A program made the translations under genes and the position numbers. The notes beneath the pieces are model-generated. The model was not told the origin of the DNA. It did not search any database and saw nothing but the letters and a program-made list of their open reading frames with translations. Below are positions 18,637-29,559 of a DNA stretch of 64,000 nucleotides, piece after piece. Where the stretch lies: the NCBI GenBank assembly GCA_046483985.1, contig JAWOCD010000057.1, positions 32,001 through 96,000 of the forward strand, given 5' to 3'. This DNA is from Promethearchaeia archaeon. Its GTDB lineage: Archaea > Asgardarchaeota > Lokiarchaeia > Sigyniarchaeales > SOKP01. Position 1 is the first letter of the stretch; each line of letters opens with the position of its first letter.

Positions 18637-19776
18637 ATGCAACAAAAAGAGCTGATTTCTGAATACGGGGAATATCTAGAACTGCAAAAACAAGAAGGAA
18701 AAACCATAATTGCCTTTTTGGCGCATGATAATATTCCTGAAGAATTGATTCATGCAGCTGGATTTATTCCTTTACGTATGATATTCGCCGGAAATGAGAG
18801 ATTTATGAATGTGAGTCATAATTATTTGCCGCCGTCTACATGTTGTTTCGCACAAACATGCATTGGATTATTCTCCCTAAAAGAGAGCCCATATAATTTT
18901 TTGGAATTAGTAGATTATATTGTTGTGTCTAATCACTGTATTAGCGATATGTGCGCTTCAGAAATCATTTCAAAGTATTCATTTATTCCACGGATTAACT
19001 TTTATGTATCCTATACTCAAAATGAGAACGGATTAAAATACTATAAGTTAGAATTAGAAGAGTTCCGAAAGCAGTTAGAGGAGATCAAAGGGTCCCCTAT
19101 TCCTGATAAGAAGATTATTGAAAGCGTAAAAAAGTACAATAGTTTAAAGAAACAGCTTACACGGATTAGCCAGCTAAATATTCAAGGATCTTTAAAGATA
19201 AAAATGTACCAAAAAGCACTTTTATACGGACCTACCATTAATCCCGAGTTGGAGCGTTTTATAAGGGAACAAAAACAAAAAGAATATGACCTAAAGAATC
19301 ATACTAAAGATATCATTCTTACCGGATGTTCTGTGTTTATAGGAGATGACATTTTAGAAATAATAGAAGGAAATGGTGGAAATATAATATTGTTTGACAG
19401 TTGGATTGGAACCAAATATTTCAAGCAAATACTAAGCCAAGAAAAAATTCAATCCATAGAAGATCCATTAGATTTGTTTGTAGAAAGATATAAAAAAAAT
19501 ACCTCATCGGATCATGCTGTCCCGGATTTTCATGAAGAATACCTTGAAGATCTAAAAGAAAAGATAAGAACACAGAGTAAAAAGCGCGAGAAGGATATTG
19601 GCGTTATTAATCATATCATGAAGTTTTGTGATCATATTTCTTTATTTCAAGCATTTACAAAAGATGAGTTAAAAAACGAGAATATACCTATACTAAATCT
19701 GGAAAGGGATTATTCAAGAGCCAATCGAGGTCAATTAAAAACTCGTATTGAAGCTTTTTTGGAGATGATGGAATGA
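18637..19776 (+). CDS. 2-hydroxyacyl-CoA dehydratase subunit (HgdA/B family)
   Basis: PEELIHAAG, KFCD, GQLKTRIEAFLEM. Confidence 0.88.
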   Translation: MQQKELISEYGEYLELQKQEGKTIIAFLAHDNIPEELIHAAGFIPLRMIFAGNERFMNVSHNYLPPSTCCFAQTCIGLFSLKESPYNFLELVDYIVVSNHCISDMCASEIISKYSFIPRINFYVSYTQNENGLKYYKLELEEFRKQLEEIKGSPIPDKKIIESVKKYNSLKKQLTRISQLNIQGSLKIKMYQKALLYGPTINPELERFIREQKQKEYDLKNHTKDIILTGCSVFIGDDILEIIEGNGGNIILFDSWIGTKYFKQILSQEKIQSIEDPLDLFVERYKKNTSSDHAVPDFHEEYLEDLKEKIRTQSKKREKDIGVINHIMKFCDHISLFQAFTKDELKNENIPILNLERDYSRANRGQLKTRIEAFLEMME

Positions 19777-21116
19777 TGAGTGTATTTGCAGATGATATCA
19801 TCAATTTTGAGTCCATGCTTAAGCTCTCTTATAACTTCTTAGCAGGAAGAGACTATTTAAAAAAGAAAAAGTTCCAAGAAAAAAAGAAGTTAGTTTCCGT
19901 GGCATTACCGTATTCCGACTTAGCTTTTGCTGCGGGAGCTGTTCCTACGTTTCCTATCAGAATGGAGAAATTTAAAATCGATAATTATCTAAAACAATTT
20001 AACACGGCGACTAACATTTTCGGATGGAAAAACGTGACCAATTTTTTGGGATTTATTAAGCAATTCGACAGCCTGAACATTGTAGACAGTGTGTTAGATA
20101 ATGTTATTAATTCAATCAATGAAAAATATAATGAATTATACGATTTAGGAATGGAGAAAGGACTCCCAAACGATTTTTGCTACGGAATTAAAGCGTTATG
20201 GGGCATGCACATCTCTAAGGGGAAAAACGTGGATGGGATACTCAATTTTACGATCCGTTGTTCCGCATACAATAAATATATGGAGTCTCTCAAAAATTTA
20301 GTACCGGAAGCTAAACAAATCTGGATTGATATCCCCCCTAGAGATATTGGAAATACTTTAGAAATTGCTAAAGAAAATATCAACAAGGGAATACAACAAT
20401 TGGAAGAATTGACCGGAAATAACGTAACTGATAATAGTCTCAAAAAGCAATTTCGGATCGGAAATCAGATCAAACGATATTATAAAACCATTCTATTCGA
20501 CATTAGCAAATCTGACTTCTATCCTTGCAACGCCGCTTCATTTGCCGAGATTCTTTCCTTGCTTAGTATCAGCTTTCAAGATTTAAATTCAAATGCACAG
20601 CGGTATCTTAATAATATAGCAGATATGGCTAGGGAAATGCGAGAACGAATCAATAATCGGGTGGGGGAGGATCTCTCAGACAGCCCCAGAATCTTGCTTA
20701 CTCCGATGTTCGGAGGATGGGAACCAAAGTCACATGAGTTTATTCATAAGGTTGGGGGAAGAGTCTTATATGGGGATTGGGAGATTTTCGGTTATCTGGA
20801 AGAGATTGATACATCCGGCGATCCAGTTGAAGCATATGCAAAATATCTATTAGATTGCTCAACCAAAGGAATCGGTTGCGATAACTCGAAAACCACAGAT
20901 TCATATCTCCGCACGGCAAAGAAGTTAGATGTGGATGGAGTCATATATAACCAAGTATTTGGATGTCACTCCATTTCCAATAATTATTATATGCTTCGGG
21001 AAAAATTACGAAGAGAGGGAATTCCCTCCACTGTCATTAACTTCAATAAGATAGGAGAGAATGTGGAACAGGTGAAAACTCGCCTCCAAGCGTTTTATGA
21101 AATTCTTCAGAATTAG
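19773..21116 (+). CDS. 2-hydroxyacyl-CoA dehydratase subunit (HgdA/B family)
   Basis: DFC, VDGVI...GCH, EQVKTRLQAFYEI; overlaps the upstream stop codon. Confidence 0.85.
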   Translation: MMSVFADDIINFESMLKLSYNFLAGRDYLKKKKFQEKKKLVSVALPYSDLAFAAGAVPTFPIRMEKFKIDNYLKQFNTATNIFGWKNVTNFLGFIKQFDSLNIVDSVLDNVINSINEKYNELYDLGMEKGLPNDFCYGIKALWGMHISKGKNVDGILNFTIRCSAYNKYMESLKNLVPEAKQIWIDIPPRDIGNTLEIAKENINKGIQQLEELTGNNVTDNSLKKQFRIGNQIKRYYKTILFDISKSDFYPCNAASFAEILSLLSISFQDLNSNAQRYLNNIADMAREMRERINNRVGEDLSDSPRILLTPMFGGWEPKSHEFIHKVGGRVLYGDWEIFGYLEEIDTSGDPVEAYAKYLLDCSTKGIGCDNSKTTDSYLRTAKKLDVDGVIYNQVFGCHSISNNYYMLREKLRREGIPSTVINFNKIGENVEQVKTRLQAFYEILQN

Positions 21117-21211
21117 AACTGTTTTGTAGAATTTAGCTGGAATCGATACCATCAAAAATTATGTAAAATGAAAGAAAAGTGTGCTAAGAGATTAAATAAA
21201 ATTAAATAAAA

Positions 21212-21826
21212 TTATTTAAAGAAATCACTTGGTTTGAGAAGATGAGAATCTTCCTCTTCTTCCTTTTCGCGTTCTTTTTGGGCTTTTTCATTCGGATCGA
21301 CCCATTCCCCAGAGCCTTCTTCAGCACTTTTAGAGGATGCTTGAGCGGTTCCACTTTCACTTCCTCCACTTGGCCCTTTTAATCCCGGCGGCTTTAATGA
21401 ATCCGAAGCGGAGATCTGTTCTGGTTGCTCTTCTTGGGGTTGCTGGTGCTGTTGAGTTGCTGTTGGACTCGCTCCTCTGAGCATTTTTAATTCGCTAAGT
21501 ACTTTTTCCAAGTTCATTGACTGAACGCTTTTGTTCATCGTTTCCATTATGGTCTTCAAGCTTTGAGAGGTTTCTCTCAACCCTTTTGGATTGATTCCTG
21601 TCAGCAAGGAATCTAAATGAGCACTAATACTTTCATTTAATTCATCTAACGATTCCAGGACCGTACTCCAATGCTTATTCATCTGAGATTCTATTGCGCG
21701 AATCATTTTGATTGTTTCATTCATAAAATCTACATGAGACTCATATCGTTCTTTATCCCGCTCTCTCAAGTCGGAAATAAGCATAATGAGTTTACGTAAT
21801 TGTTCTTTTTCTTCTTCTTGACTCAA
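21212..21826 (-). CDS. Hypothetical protein: helical N-terminus, low-complexity tail
   Basis: 204-aa ORF with TTG start, typical composition. Confidence 0.7.
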   Translation of the reverse strand: MSQEEEKEQLRKLIMLISDLRERDKERYESHVDFMNETIKMIRAIESQMNKHWSTVLESLDELNESISAHLDSLLTGINPKGLRETSQSLKTIMETMNKSVQSMNLEKVLSELKMLRGASPTATQQHQQPQEEQPEQISASDSLKPPGLKGPSGGSESGTAQASSKSAEEGSGEWVDPNEKAQKEREKEEEEDSHLLKPSDFFK

Positions 21827-21914
21827 AAATATTCACTTCGTTTTAATTTTCCTTATATTATAATTATAATAATACTAAAAAAATTTATATCTATCCTTTT
21901 TGAGAAAACCATTT

Positions 21915-24329
21915 TCAAATTTGATTTTGTTCTTTGTATTTCATCCTATACTGGCTTTTGAGCCATTCAACGGACTTTTCATATGACATATACGATAAGT
22001 CTGCATCTTCCAGTACTCGCCAATTTATGGTTATGGAAAACTCTTTTAACGGTGGAAGAGTGATTGCCGTTTTATCCTCATTCAACTGGATATCCTTATC
22101 CGAACGAAGATGGATGGAGCTTTTATCAATATAATAGGGAATATGGACATAGATATGTGCCGGCTTTTTCCGTTCAAATAAACTCGAAAAAGAAATAATA
22201 ACATCTTCTTGTTTCTTTTTTAATGTTATATTACAGAGTCCAAAATAGGTGTTTGCATTCTCGATGGTAATGGGACCATCAATCCATTCCGGGGAAAGTA
22301 CCGAAAATAAATGAAGCTCATCTTTCTCTTCCCGAATGAGCATATTTCGCAAAAGCAAATTATAAGCGACCGCAAACCACCCATGAGGGGGAAAATTAAA
22401 GAAATCCATATGCCAGAATAAAATTTTTATCGGGATTAAATAATGCCTATTTCCCCAAGGTTTAATATTATGTTCAAAGCCCTCATGGCATGCACCCGTA
22501 TGGCTAAGCATCCCATAAAAGTCATGCAACGCACGATCTTGTTCGTCAAGGACGATATGCTGTTGCGCAATTCGTTCGGTGATATAATGATGATTGAAGA
22601 CCATCCACGTTGCAATTCCTTCCGGCATTTTATTGGTACGATATTCTTCTAAGGTCTTTTGTACTTTAGGATCGTTCTTATCTAAAAGGATTTGAGGATA
22701 AAGCATCAAGAGATTTGACCAATCTTCTCCTAAATCGGTATCAAGACCCGGCGGAACTCGATTATCATGATGGGCAGCGACTAGATTAAGGATGGGGAGA
22801 AAGGCTTCCAGAAATTGTGCTTTAATTTTTTCAATTTGTTTTGCCTCCTCATTCCTTTTCAGAAACTCGGCAAGGTATTGAGCGTTATTCAATCCACACC
22901 ATGCCCAGAGATTATGTCCTGTATATCTCCCACTAATCATTTCATTATCTGAAGCAAATACTGGGGGCATAACGCCCCAATCATCGTCATCGATTAAATC
23001 ATCAAAAAAATCAATTGCCTCCATCACAGGTTCATAAATTCTTTCGGCGAATTTTTTATCATGAGTGAACTTAAGATACTCGCCAAATGCCCAGAGAGCT
23101 TGCCCCCATCCGTCTAATTGTCCTTTTTGTGAAATAAAATTACCCTCTTTGGTTTGCAAATTCAAGAAGTGCAATAATAAATTTTTACTCACATCAGTTC
23201 GATTAAAGCAAGCATACATTTTTGCGAAAAAGGATGAATCTCTGATCCAGAAATCATTGTATTGGAATCTATTTACATGTTGTTCCATTGTGGCGTCTTT
23301 GTTAAAATTCTGACACATAAAATTATAAACTAAGGATGATTTGGACGTGTTAGTCGCTTTTGATTCTGGGAGTTTAATATTCGTACATTTGTCAAGGACA
23401 TCTTTCCAGTAATCTTGAAATCTACGGCGAACAGTCTTGAGCTCCAACTGTTCAATTTTCTGAATTAAAGAATCATCTCCAGCATCAATGGGCTCCTGCG
23501 GTATTTTGAAGATCAACGATTTTGTTCCTTTCGGCGCAACATGAAATTTAAATTGTTCGATTAAGGTAATGCTATCTTCTTTAATATCGTATTCCTTTCC
23601 TTTAAATCTTGTTTTGTAGGGGATTGGTTCATAAGTATTTGTATGAGTATTGTAATTGAGTTTAGAATAGAAATTTACGGGTAACTCTTCTCCGTGAAAA
23701 TAAAGAATTTTTCCGTCCCGTAACGGATTGTTATCTTCGTCAAATTCGTACCACCACTTGTTTTTAAATTGAGGACGCTCGTAGCCGTATATTTTATGTT
23801 TAAAGGGGTTAAAGAGCACCCCGATATAAAGATCCCCATTAACAGGATCATCAGTAAGGTTTTTTACTTCAACCTCAACAAAATTACACGGGCTCTTTTT
23901 TTCCGAGTGGTCTATCCAATACTGAAAAATTTTTATGGAATATTCAATATTGAATTTCTTAAGGGAGTAATTAATTTCTGGTAGATAACCTTTAGAGAGA
24001 GTCCAAATCCGTTTTTCTATTTTTTCAATTGGATCCCCTCTAAAGAAGACATATTTTCCATGAGTAGTATCAATTTGCCCATCACTGTCCACTCTGGTGG
24101 CTTTTTGCTCATTTGGTAAGCCTAATTGCATATTGGGATGCGCAAAAAAGGAAAATTTATCGGATTTTTCGTCAATCGCGGGATCGGGGATAGTCTTAGT
24201 GACACTTTTTTGATATAAATTCCGCATGAATTTATAGACGATTTTATTCTTAAATCTCCAGAACCAAGATTGTCTTTTATCCCAATTATTTTCAATGGAA
24301 TCTAAAACTGCATGACTTGATTTTTTCAT
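21915..24329 (-). CDS. Six-hairpin (alpha/alpha)6 glycoside hydrolase-like protein (GH15/GH63-like)
   Basis: QYNDFWIRDSSF, GQLDGWGQALWA and PHGW motifs. Confidence 0.75.
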   Translation of the reverse strand: MKKSSHAVLDSIENNWDKRQSWFWRFKNKIVYKFMRNLYQKSVTKTIPDPAIDEKSDKFSFFAHPNMQLGLPNEQKATRVDSDGQIDTTHGKYVFFRGDPIEKIEKRIWTLSKGYLPEINYSLKKFNIEYSIKIFQYWIDHSEKKSPCNFVEVEVKNLTDDPVNGDLYIGVLFNPFKHKIYGYERPQFKNKWWYEFDEDNNPLRDGKILYFHGEELPVNFYSKLNYNTHTNTYEPIPYKTRFKGKEYDIKEDSITLIEQFKFHVAPKGTKSLIFKIPQEPIDAGDDSLIQKIEQLELKTVRRRFQDYWKDVLDKCTNIKLPESKATNTSKSSLVYNFMCQNFNKDATMEQHVNRFQYNDFWIRDSSFFAKMYACFNRTDVSKNLLLHFLNLQTKEGNFISQKGQLDGWGQALWAFGEYLKFTHDKKFAERIYEPVMEAIDFFDDLIDDDDWGVMPPVFASDNEMISGRYTGHNLWAWCGLNNAQYLAEFLKRNEEAKQIEKIKAQFLEAFLPILNLVAAHHDNRVPPGLDTDLGEDWSNLLMLYPQILLDKNDPKVQKTLEEYRTNKMPEGIATWMVFNHHYITERIAQQHIVLDEQDRALHDFYGMLSHTGACHEGFEHNIKPWGNRHYLIPIKILFWHMDFFNFPPHGWFAVAYNLLLRNMLIREEKDELHLFSVLSPEWIDGPITIENANTYFGLCNITLKKKQEDVIISFSSLFERKKPAHIYVHIPYYIDKSSIHLRSDKDIQLNEDKTAITLPPLKEFSITINWRVLEDADLSYMSYEKSVEWLKSQYRMKYKEQNQI

Positions 24330-24412
24330 TTTTTATAATTATAAATTGTTTTATAATTTAAAAGTTACATAAGAGATTATATTAGAAAGGAATTGAAATT
24401 TTAAAGTGATTG

Positions 24413-24994
24413 TTAAATTTTAAAGTGGGAATTTATTTTCTCTCTGCAGCGTTTACAAAATTTTGCCGGTTTTTCGTCGGTTTCCGGTAAACTATTAGAA
24501 AACCTCATAATGCAGTGATTGTTACAATGTTCTAATCCAAATGTGTGCCCAAGCTCATGAATTGCCTCTTTAAGGGCTCGTTTTCTGAAAAGCTTTTTAT
24601 TGGATTGTTCCCTATAGAATTCTGCTCTTAACCGCACGAGTGAAATAAGACACCCAATTACCGTATCAAAATTTCGAACTTTAGGAGTTTGAGCAACTCC
24701 GAATACAAAATTAAGATTATCAGAATAAAGATCTTTATTAATAATTCCCAATACTCTAAGTATAGATTGACTTTTAATTTCTCTCATCATATTATTTAAA
24801 ACTAATGATGCATCAAATTGATCTCTTTGAGAATTATAGGCAGAATCATTTAAAGGGATATTTTGGGAGGAAATTTCTATTTTTAAGTCCCATTGGGAAA
24901 AAATTCCAGTTAAATCACGCTTTAGTGATTTTAAAATATTCTCTGCTCCTTCACCGACAGGTTGGAGTAAAATTCTTCGAGATCGCAAACTCAT
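24413..24994 (-). CDS. amzA: Archaemetzincin (M54 zinc metalloprotease)
   Basis: HELGHTFGLEHC, CIMRFSNS, FCKRC; likely start MSLRSR. Confidence 0.92.
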   Translation of the reverse strand: MSLRSRRILLQPVGEGAENILKSLKRDLTGIFSQWDLKIEISSQNIPLNDSAYNSQRDQFDASLVLNNMMREIKSQSILRVLGIINKDLYSDNLNFVFGVAQTPKVRNFDTVIGCLISLVRLRAEFYREQSNKKLFRKRALKEAIHELGHTFGLEHCNNHCIMRFSNSLPETDEKPAKFCKRCREKINSHFKI

Positions 24995-25096
24995 AATATC
25001 TATGATTAGGTAGGAAGAAAAGAAATTTAAACCCGCCATATATATTTTAATGATCGGATTTTTATAACCACATATCTTATGGTAATTGTGGTAGTT

Positions 25097-25537
25097 ATGG
25101 AAGAAAATTCTATTAAGGGAATATTATATCTTAAATTTGAAGGGGTCTCCAAGCCTATGCCTTTGGTTCATCTCCCAAAAGATCTTGACCACGCAATTGT
25201 GACACAGATTAATAAAAAAATGTTGGAATATTTTAAAGAGAAAAGAGAATTGAACCCTAATAAAATAGACATCGTAGATTTGGAATCTGAAGAATATAAT
25301 GGAGTTTTAATGTTTGAAGAGTGGAAAGACAAGAGAAAATATTGGGGGGTAGCCAAAACAACCATTATTTTATTAACAAACTTAGAAATGAAGAAAATCG
25401 AAGAGAAAAAAGAGAACTTAGAACCATTATTCGGTAAATATGTCAATCGGATCGTCCAATTAGAAAAAAAGGAAGAAGAAAAAGAGGAATATTTAAATTT
25501 ATTACAAGAATTTAGGGAGGACTTGATCAATTCTTAG
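25097..25537 (+). CDS. Small protein, possibly longin/uDENN-like fold
   Basis: IKGILYLKF..KPMPLVHLP, then helix, three strands and C-terminal helices. Confidence 0.6.
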   Translation: MEENSIKGILYLKFEGVSKPMPLVHLPKDLDHAIVTQINKKMLEYFKEKRELNPNKIDIVDLESEEYNGVLMFEEWKDKRKYWGVAKTTIILLTNLEMKKIEEKKENLEPLFGKYVNRIVQLEKKEEEKEEYLNLLQEFREDLINS

Positions 25538-25719
25538 GGTTTAATCATTTAAAACAAGTGATTTTTTTCCTTCTTTAATATTCTTTATTAAATATTCCGA
25601 ATCTTGAAGAAAAAGTTCAAAAAAAGTTATCAAAACACAAAACTATAATAATTAAGAAACTAAGTATAGTGATTATACGATAAATAATAAATAAAGAATA
25701 AAATGAATTTGTGATTAAA

Positions 25720-27225
25720 ATGACAATCCAATCTGAACACTGGCCCCTTCATCCTCTAATTTATGAGATCAATACAATCACATGGTTAAATGAACTCTCA
25801 AATTCTTTCGATTACGAGATAAATCTTCAAAATGTCCCAGAAGGGATTTTAGATATGGATTTAAGCCATTTTGACGCCATCTGGCTTATGGGTGTATGGG
25901 AAAGAAGTCCAGAAGGAAAAGATATCGCAAGAAATCACCCTAATCTTCAAAAAGAGTTTCAACAAGCTTTAGATGATTTTAAACCGACTGATGTGGCAGG
26001 TTCCCCGTACGCTGTATATTATTATCACGTAGCCACTGAATTAGGAGGGAAAACGGGGGTACAGATGTTTAAAGACGAATTAGCAAAACGAGGGGCTCGA
26101 TTGATTCTCGATTATGTTCCTAATCATGTGGCAAGGGACCATTTATGGACGCTTGAAAAGAATTCCAACGTCTTTATTAAGGGAACCCAAAAAGATCTAG
26201 AAGAAAATCCTGATGATTTTTTTAGTATTGGGAATAAAATTTATGCCCATGGACGCGATCCGTACTTTCCACCGTGGACAGATACCATTCAAATCAACGC
26301 CTTCTCTAAAGAGGCAAGAAAAAAGGCAATAAACACGTTATTATCTATTGCAGAATTATGTGACGGAGTCCGTTGCGACATGGCAATGCTAATGATTAAT
26401 AAGGTTTTTAAGAAAACATGGGGTGAGAAGGTTGGAGAGCCGCCAGAAAAAGAGTTCTGGGAAGAAGTCATACCCGCCGTTAAAAAAGAGCATCCAGATT
26501 TTAAGTTTTTTGGAGAAGCGTATTGGGGAACAGAATGGGAACTCCAGCAACAAGGATTTGATTTTTGTTATGATAAAATCTTATATGAACGACTTCTTCA
26601 TGATAATGCTCCTTCAGTTAAGGGGCATTTACGTGCAGAATGGGAATATCAAAGAAGTTTAGTACGATTCATTGAAAATCATGATGAAGAACGAGCAATT
26701 TCAGCTTTTGGATATGAGAAAAGCAAGGCAGCGGCAATAATAAGCTGCACACTTCCCGGAGCGCGAATGATTCATTATGGGCAAATGTTAGGACGGAAAA
26801 TAAGAACGCCTATCCAATTAGCAAGAGCTCCAAAAGAAGAGGACGACCAAGATTTAATGGAGTTTTATCTTCGGTTAATAAATTCGATCCCAGACCGAAA
26901 CTTGAGAGAAAACAGTTGGCATATGTGCGAAACACAATCAATAAATTCTGATAATGATTCTAATAAAAGTTTAATTTCATATATATGGGCTCAAGGGAGT
27001 GAATACAAATTAATAATCGTCAATTACAGCTCTTATCCCGCTCAAGGTCATATCTTGCTTCCAGATTTAGATCCCTCTAAAGAATGGACATTTAGCGATT
27101 CTTTAAAACAAGATGTATATACATATAAGGGGGGAAAAATCAGAGAAAATGGATTATATGTTGAGTTAGGGGCTTGGGAAGGACATATCTTTAAAATTAA
27201 TGAAAAATTAAAAGAATCTCGATAG
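25720..27225 (+). CDS. GH13 alpha-amylase family glycosidase
   Basis: LDYVPNH, DGVRCDMA, GEAYW, ENHDE catalytic regions. Confidence 0.93.
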   Translation: MTIQSEHWPLHPLIYEINTITWLNELSNSFDYEINLQNVPEGILDMDLSHFDAIWLMGVWERSPEGKDIARNHPNLQKEFQQALDDFKPTDVAGSPYAVYYYHVATELGGKTGVQMFKDELAKRGARLILDYVPNHVARDHLWTLEKNSNVFIKGTQKDLEENPDDFFSIGNKIYAHGRDPYFPPWTDTIQINAFSKEARKKAINTLLSIAELCDGVRCDMAMLMINKVFKKTWGEKVGEPPEKEFWEEVIPAVKKEHPDFKFFGEAYWGTEWELQQQGFDFCYDKILYERLLHDNAPSVKGHLRAEWEYQRSLVRFIENHDEERAISAFGYEKSKAAAIISCTLPGARMIHYGQMLGRKIRTPIQLARAPKEEDDQDLMEFYLRLINSIPDRNLRENSWHMCETQSINSDNDSNKSLISYIWAQGSEYKLIIVNYSSYPAQGHILLPDLDPSKEWTFSDSLKQDVYTYKGGKIRENGLYVELGAWEGHIFKINEKLKESR

Positions 27226-27227
27226 AA

Positions 27228-29075
27228 TTAATGAACGGTGACCGTTTTAGCCAAATTTTGGGGCTGATCTGGGTCTAAGCCCGTGTCTAATGCGTAAAAG
27301 TATGCAAGTAGTTGCAAGGCAGGAATAAAGGTAATAGGACTAAAGAGATTATGGTATTTATCATCGGGCTGGTCGACGGGTATTGAAAAATCACTAAGAT
27401 TTGTAATCGTCTTATCATTTTTTATTACAAGTGAAATGATCTTACCCCCCCGGGATTTAAATTCCATTACATTACCAATTAAACGTTGATATGTTTCATC
27501 AGGTGGGGCAATAAAAATAATCGGAAAACCTTCTCTGACCAGCGAAATTGGGCCATGTTTAGCATGAGCAGCAGAATATCCTTCAATGAAGCGGCACGCA
27601 ATTTCCTTAAGTTTTAACCCGCCTTCTTTTGCAGTCGCAATTGAAACTCCTCGAGCCAAGAAAAAAAAGTTTTCTGCAATCTCTAAATTCTTTACTATAT
27701 TCTTCAAAAGGTGGATTTGGGTTGCCAAAAACTTTTCGATAATTTTAGGAGTTTCATGGAGCGCGTCATAGTATTTCTCTATTTCTTGTTCAGGGACCAT
27801 CCCTCGTAACCTTGCTATTTCTAGGGCAACCATAGAAAGCGCACAAACTTGGGTAACGTAGGTTTTGGTCGCCGCCACTCCAATTTCGGGACCTGCTTGA
27901 GTAATTAGAAATTCATCGGAGTATCTGGTGATTGAAGAACCAACAACATTCGTTAAAGAAAGGACTTTTATATTTTCCCCTGTTTCCTTTGCCCATCTAA
28001 CCGCCTCAATTGTATCAACAGTTTCACCAGATTGAGAAACGGCAATAATAGCTGTATTTGGTTGGAGAGCATTTTTAAGATTTACCTCAAATTCAGAGCA
28101 TTCAATAGCGTGAATATATTTACCTAAAAATTTTGTTATGATGTACTTCCCAGCTAATGAGGCATACAATGAAGTTCCCGCAGCAGTAATGTATATGTGA
28201 TCTGCCTCCAATAGAATCTTCGAAAATCTCTGGATATCTTCTCTCGCGATTGTAAGTGTATTCCGAAGGGCTTTCGGTTCTTCGTAGATCTCTTTTAGCA
28301 TAAAATGTTCATACCCTCCTTTCTCTGCAGCATCAATACTCCAATCTATGGTCTGTGTTTCTTTGTGGACCTCTTTATTGGATTGTAGATCAAATATATT
28401 CGCATTTCCAGGATTTAACACTGCATATTCACCATCCTCTAAAATATAACATTCCTTTGTAAGAGGAAGAAATGCGGGGATATCAGAAGCACAATATGTA
28501 CTATGGGAATCAATTCCTATGACTAAAGGAGATTCTTTTCTTGCAACTATAATCTTATCCGGAGTAGCAGCATGACAAATTGCCACAGCATATGAACCTT
28601 CACACTTTTTAATGGCCTTTACAATCGCTTCTTGAAAAGCTAATCCCTCAGTCATATAATCCTCAATAAGGTGGGGAATGACCTCTGTATCTGTTTCGGA
28701 TTTAAAATTATGACCTCTTTCTTTTAAGTTCTTTTTGATTGTATCATAATTTTCAATAATGCCATTATGGACTACTGCAATCTCTCCAGAACAATCAAGA
28801 TGAGGATGGCTATTGGCTTTTGTTGGAGAACCATGAGTTGCCCATCTTGTATGTGCTAAAGCAAGATTTGAATTGTTTGGAAAATCTGATAGATTCAGTT
28901 TCTCATTTATTTCACTAATTTTTCCCGAATCCTTCTTTACGAGCAGATGATTGTTATTTTGAACCACTATGCCGCATGAATCATAACCTCTATATTCAAG
29001 ACGTTTAATCCCTTCATATGCAATTTCTCCAACTGGATTATCTTGATTTGTTACTACACCAAAAATTCCACACAT
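27228..29075 (-). CDS. glmS: Glutamine-fructose-6-phosphate transaminase
   Basis: MCGIFG, LEYRGYDS, HTRWATHG, SQSGET, NLAKTVTV. Confidence 0.96.
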   Translation of the reverse strand: MCGIFGVVTNQDNPVGEIAYEGIKRLEYRGYDSCGIVVQNNNHLLVKKDSGKISEINEKLNLSDFPNNSNLALAHTRWATHGSPTKANSHPHLDCSGEIAVVHNGIIENYDTIKKNLKERGHNFKSETDTEVIPHLIEDYMTEGLAFQEAIVKAIKKCEGSYAVAICHAATPDKIIVARKESPLVIGIDSHSTYCASDIPAFLPLTKECYILEDGEYAVLNPGNANIFDLQSNKEVHKETQTIDWSIDAAEKGGYEHFMLKEIYEEPKALRNTLTIAREDIQRFSKILLEADHIYITAAGTSLYASLAGKYIITKFLGKYIHAIECSEFEVNLKNALQPNTAIIAVSQSGETVDTIEAVRWAKETGENIKVLSLTNVVGSSITRYSDEFLITQAGPEIGVAATKTYVTQVCALSMVALEIARLRGMVPEQEIEKYYDALHETPKIIEKFLATQIHLLKNIVKNLEIAENFFFLARGVSIATAKEGGLKLKEIACRFIEGYSAAHAKHGPISLVREGFPIIFIAPPDETYQRLIGNVMEFKSRGGKIISLVIKNDKTITNLSDFSIPVDQPDDKYHNLFSPITFIPALQLLAYFYALDTGLDPDQPQNLAKTVTVH

Positions 29076-29529
29076 CTACGTGTTTACCTTCATATAATTT
29101 TATTGATAATTAATAATCATTTAGAGAAAATAAAGCGAATATTATATTTTTTTCTCTAAAGATTTTTAGTATTTTTATTGGTTTTGCTAAATCCTTTTAT
29201 GAGAATTAATGTCAAAAATCTTTATCCTTCCAAATTTAACATATTTTATCATATTATGTTTTTTAATATCTCTTTAGCAAGTTTCTAATATTAATCTTCT
29301 ATTAGCTTTAGGATTTATTGCCTAGCTCGGCTTATTTGGATCCTAATTCTTAATAACTTTTCAAAGATTTGAATAAAAACAAGAATTTTCGGTTTTTGAC
29401 AAATTAAAAATTAAGTTGTTTTATCCTTTACTTTACCTCATTAAAGAGGAGCCTCCTATTTTTAAATAATAATTTAATAGCAAGAAAATTTATCTTTTTT
29501 TGGAGATAAAAGAAAAGAAAGAAATATTT

Positions 29530-29546
29530 TGAAAAGCTTTAAAAAC
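29530..29546 (+). promoter_or_regulatory. Archaeal BRE-TATA promoter candidate with no clear downstream CDS
   Basis: GAAAAG followed by CTTTAAAAA. Confidence 0.45.
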
Positions 29547-29559
29547 CCTCCTAGTACAC

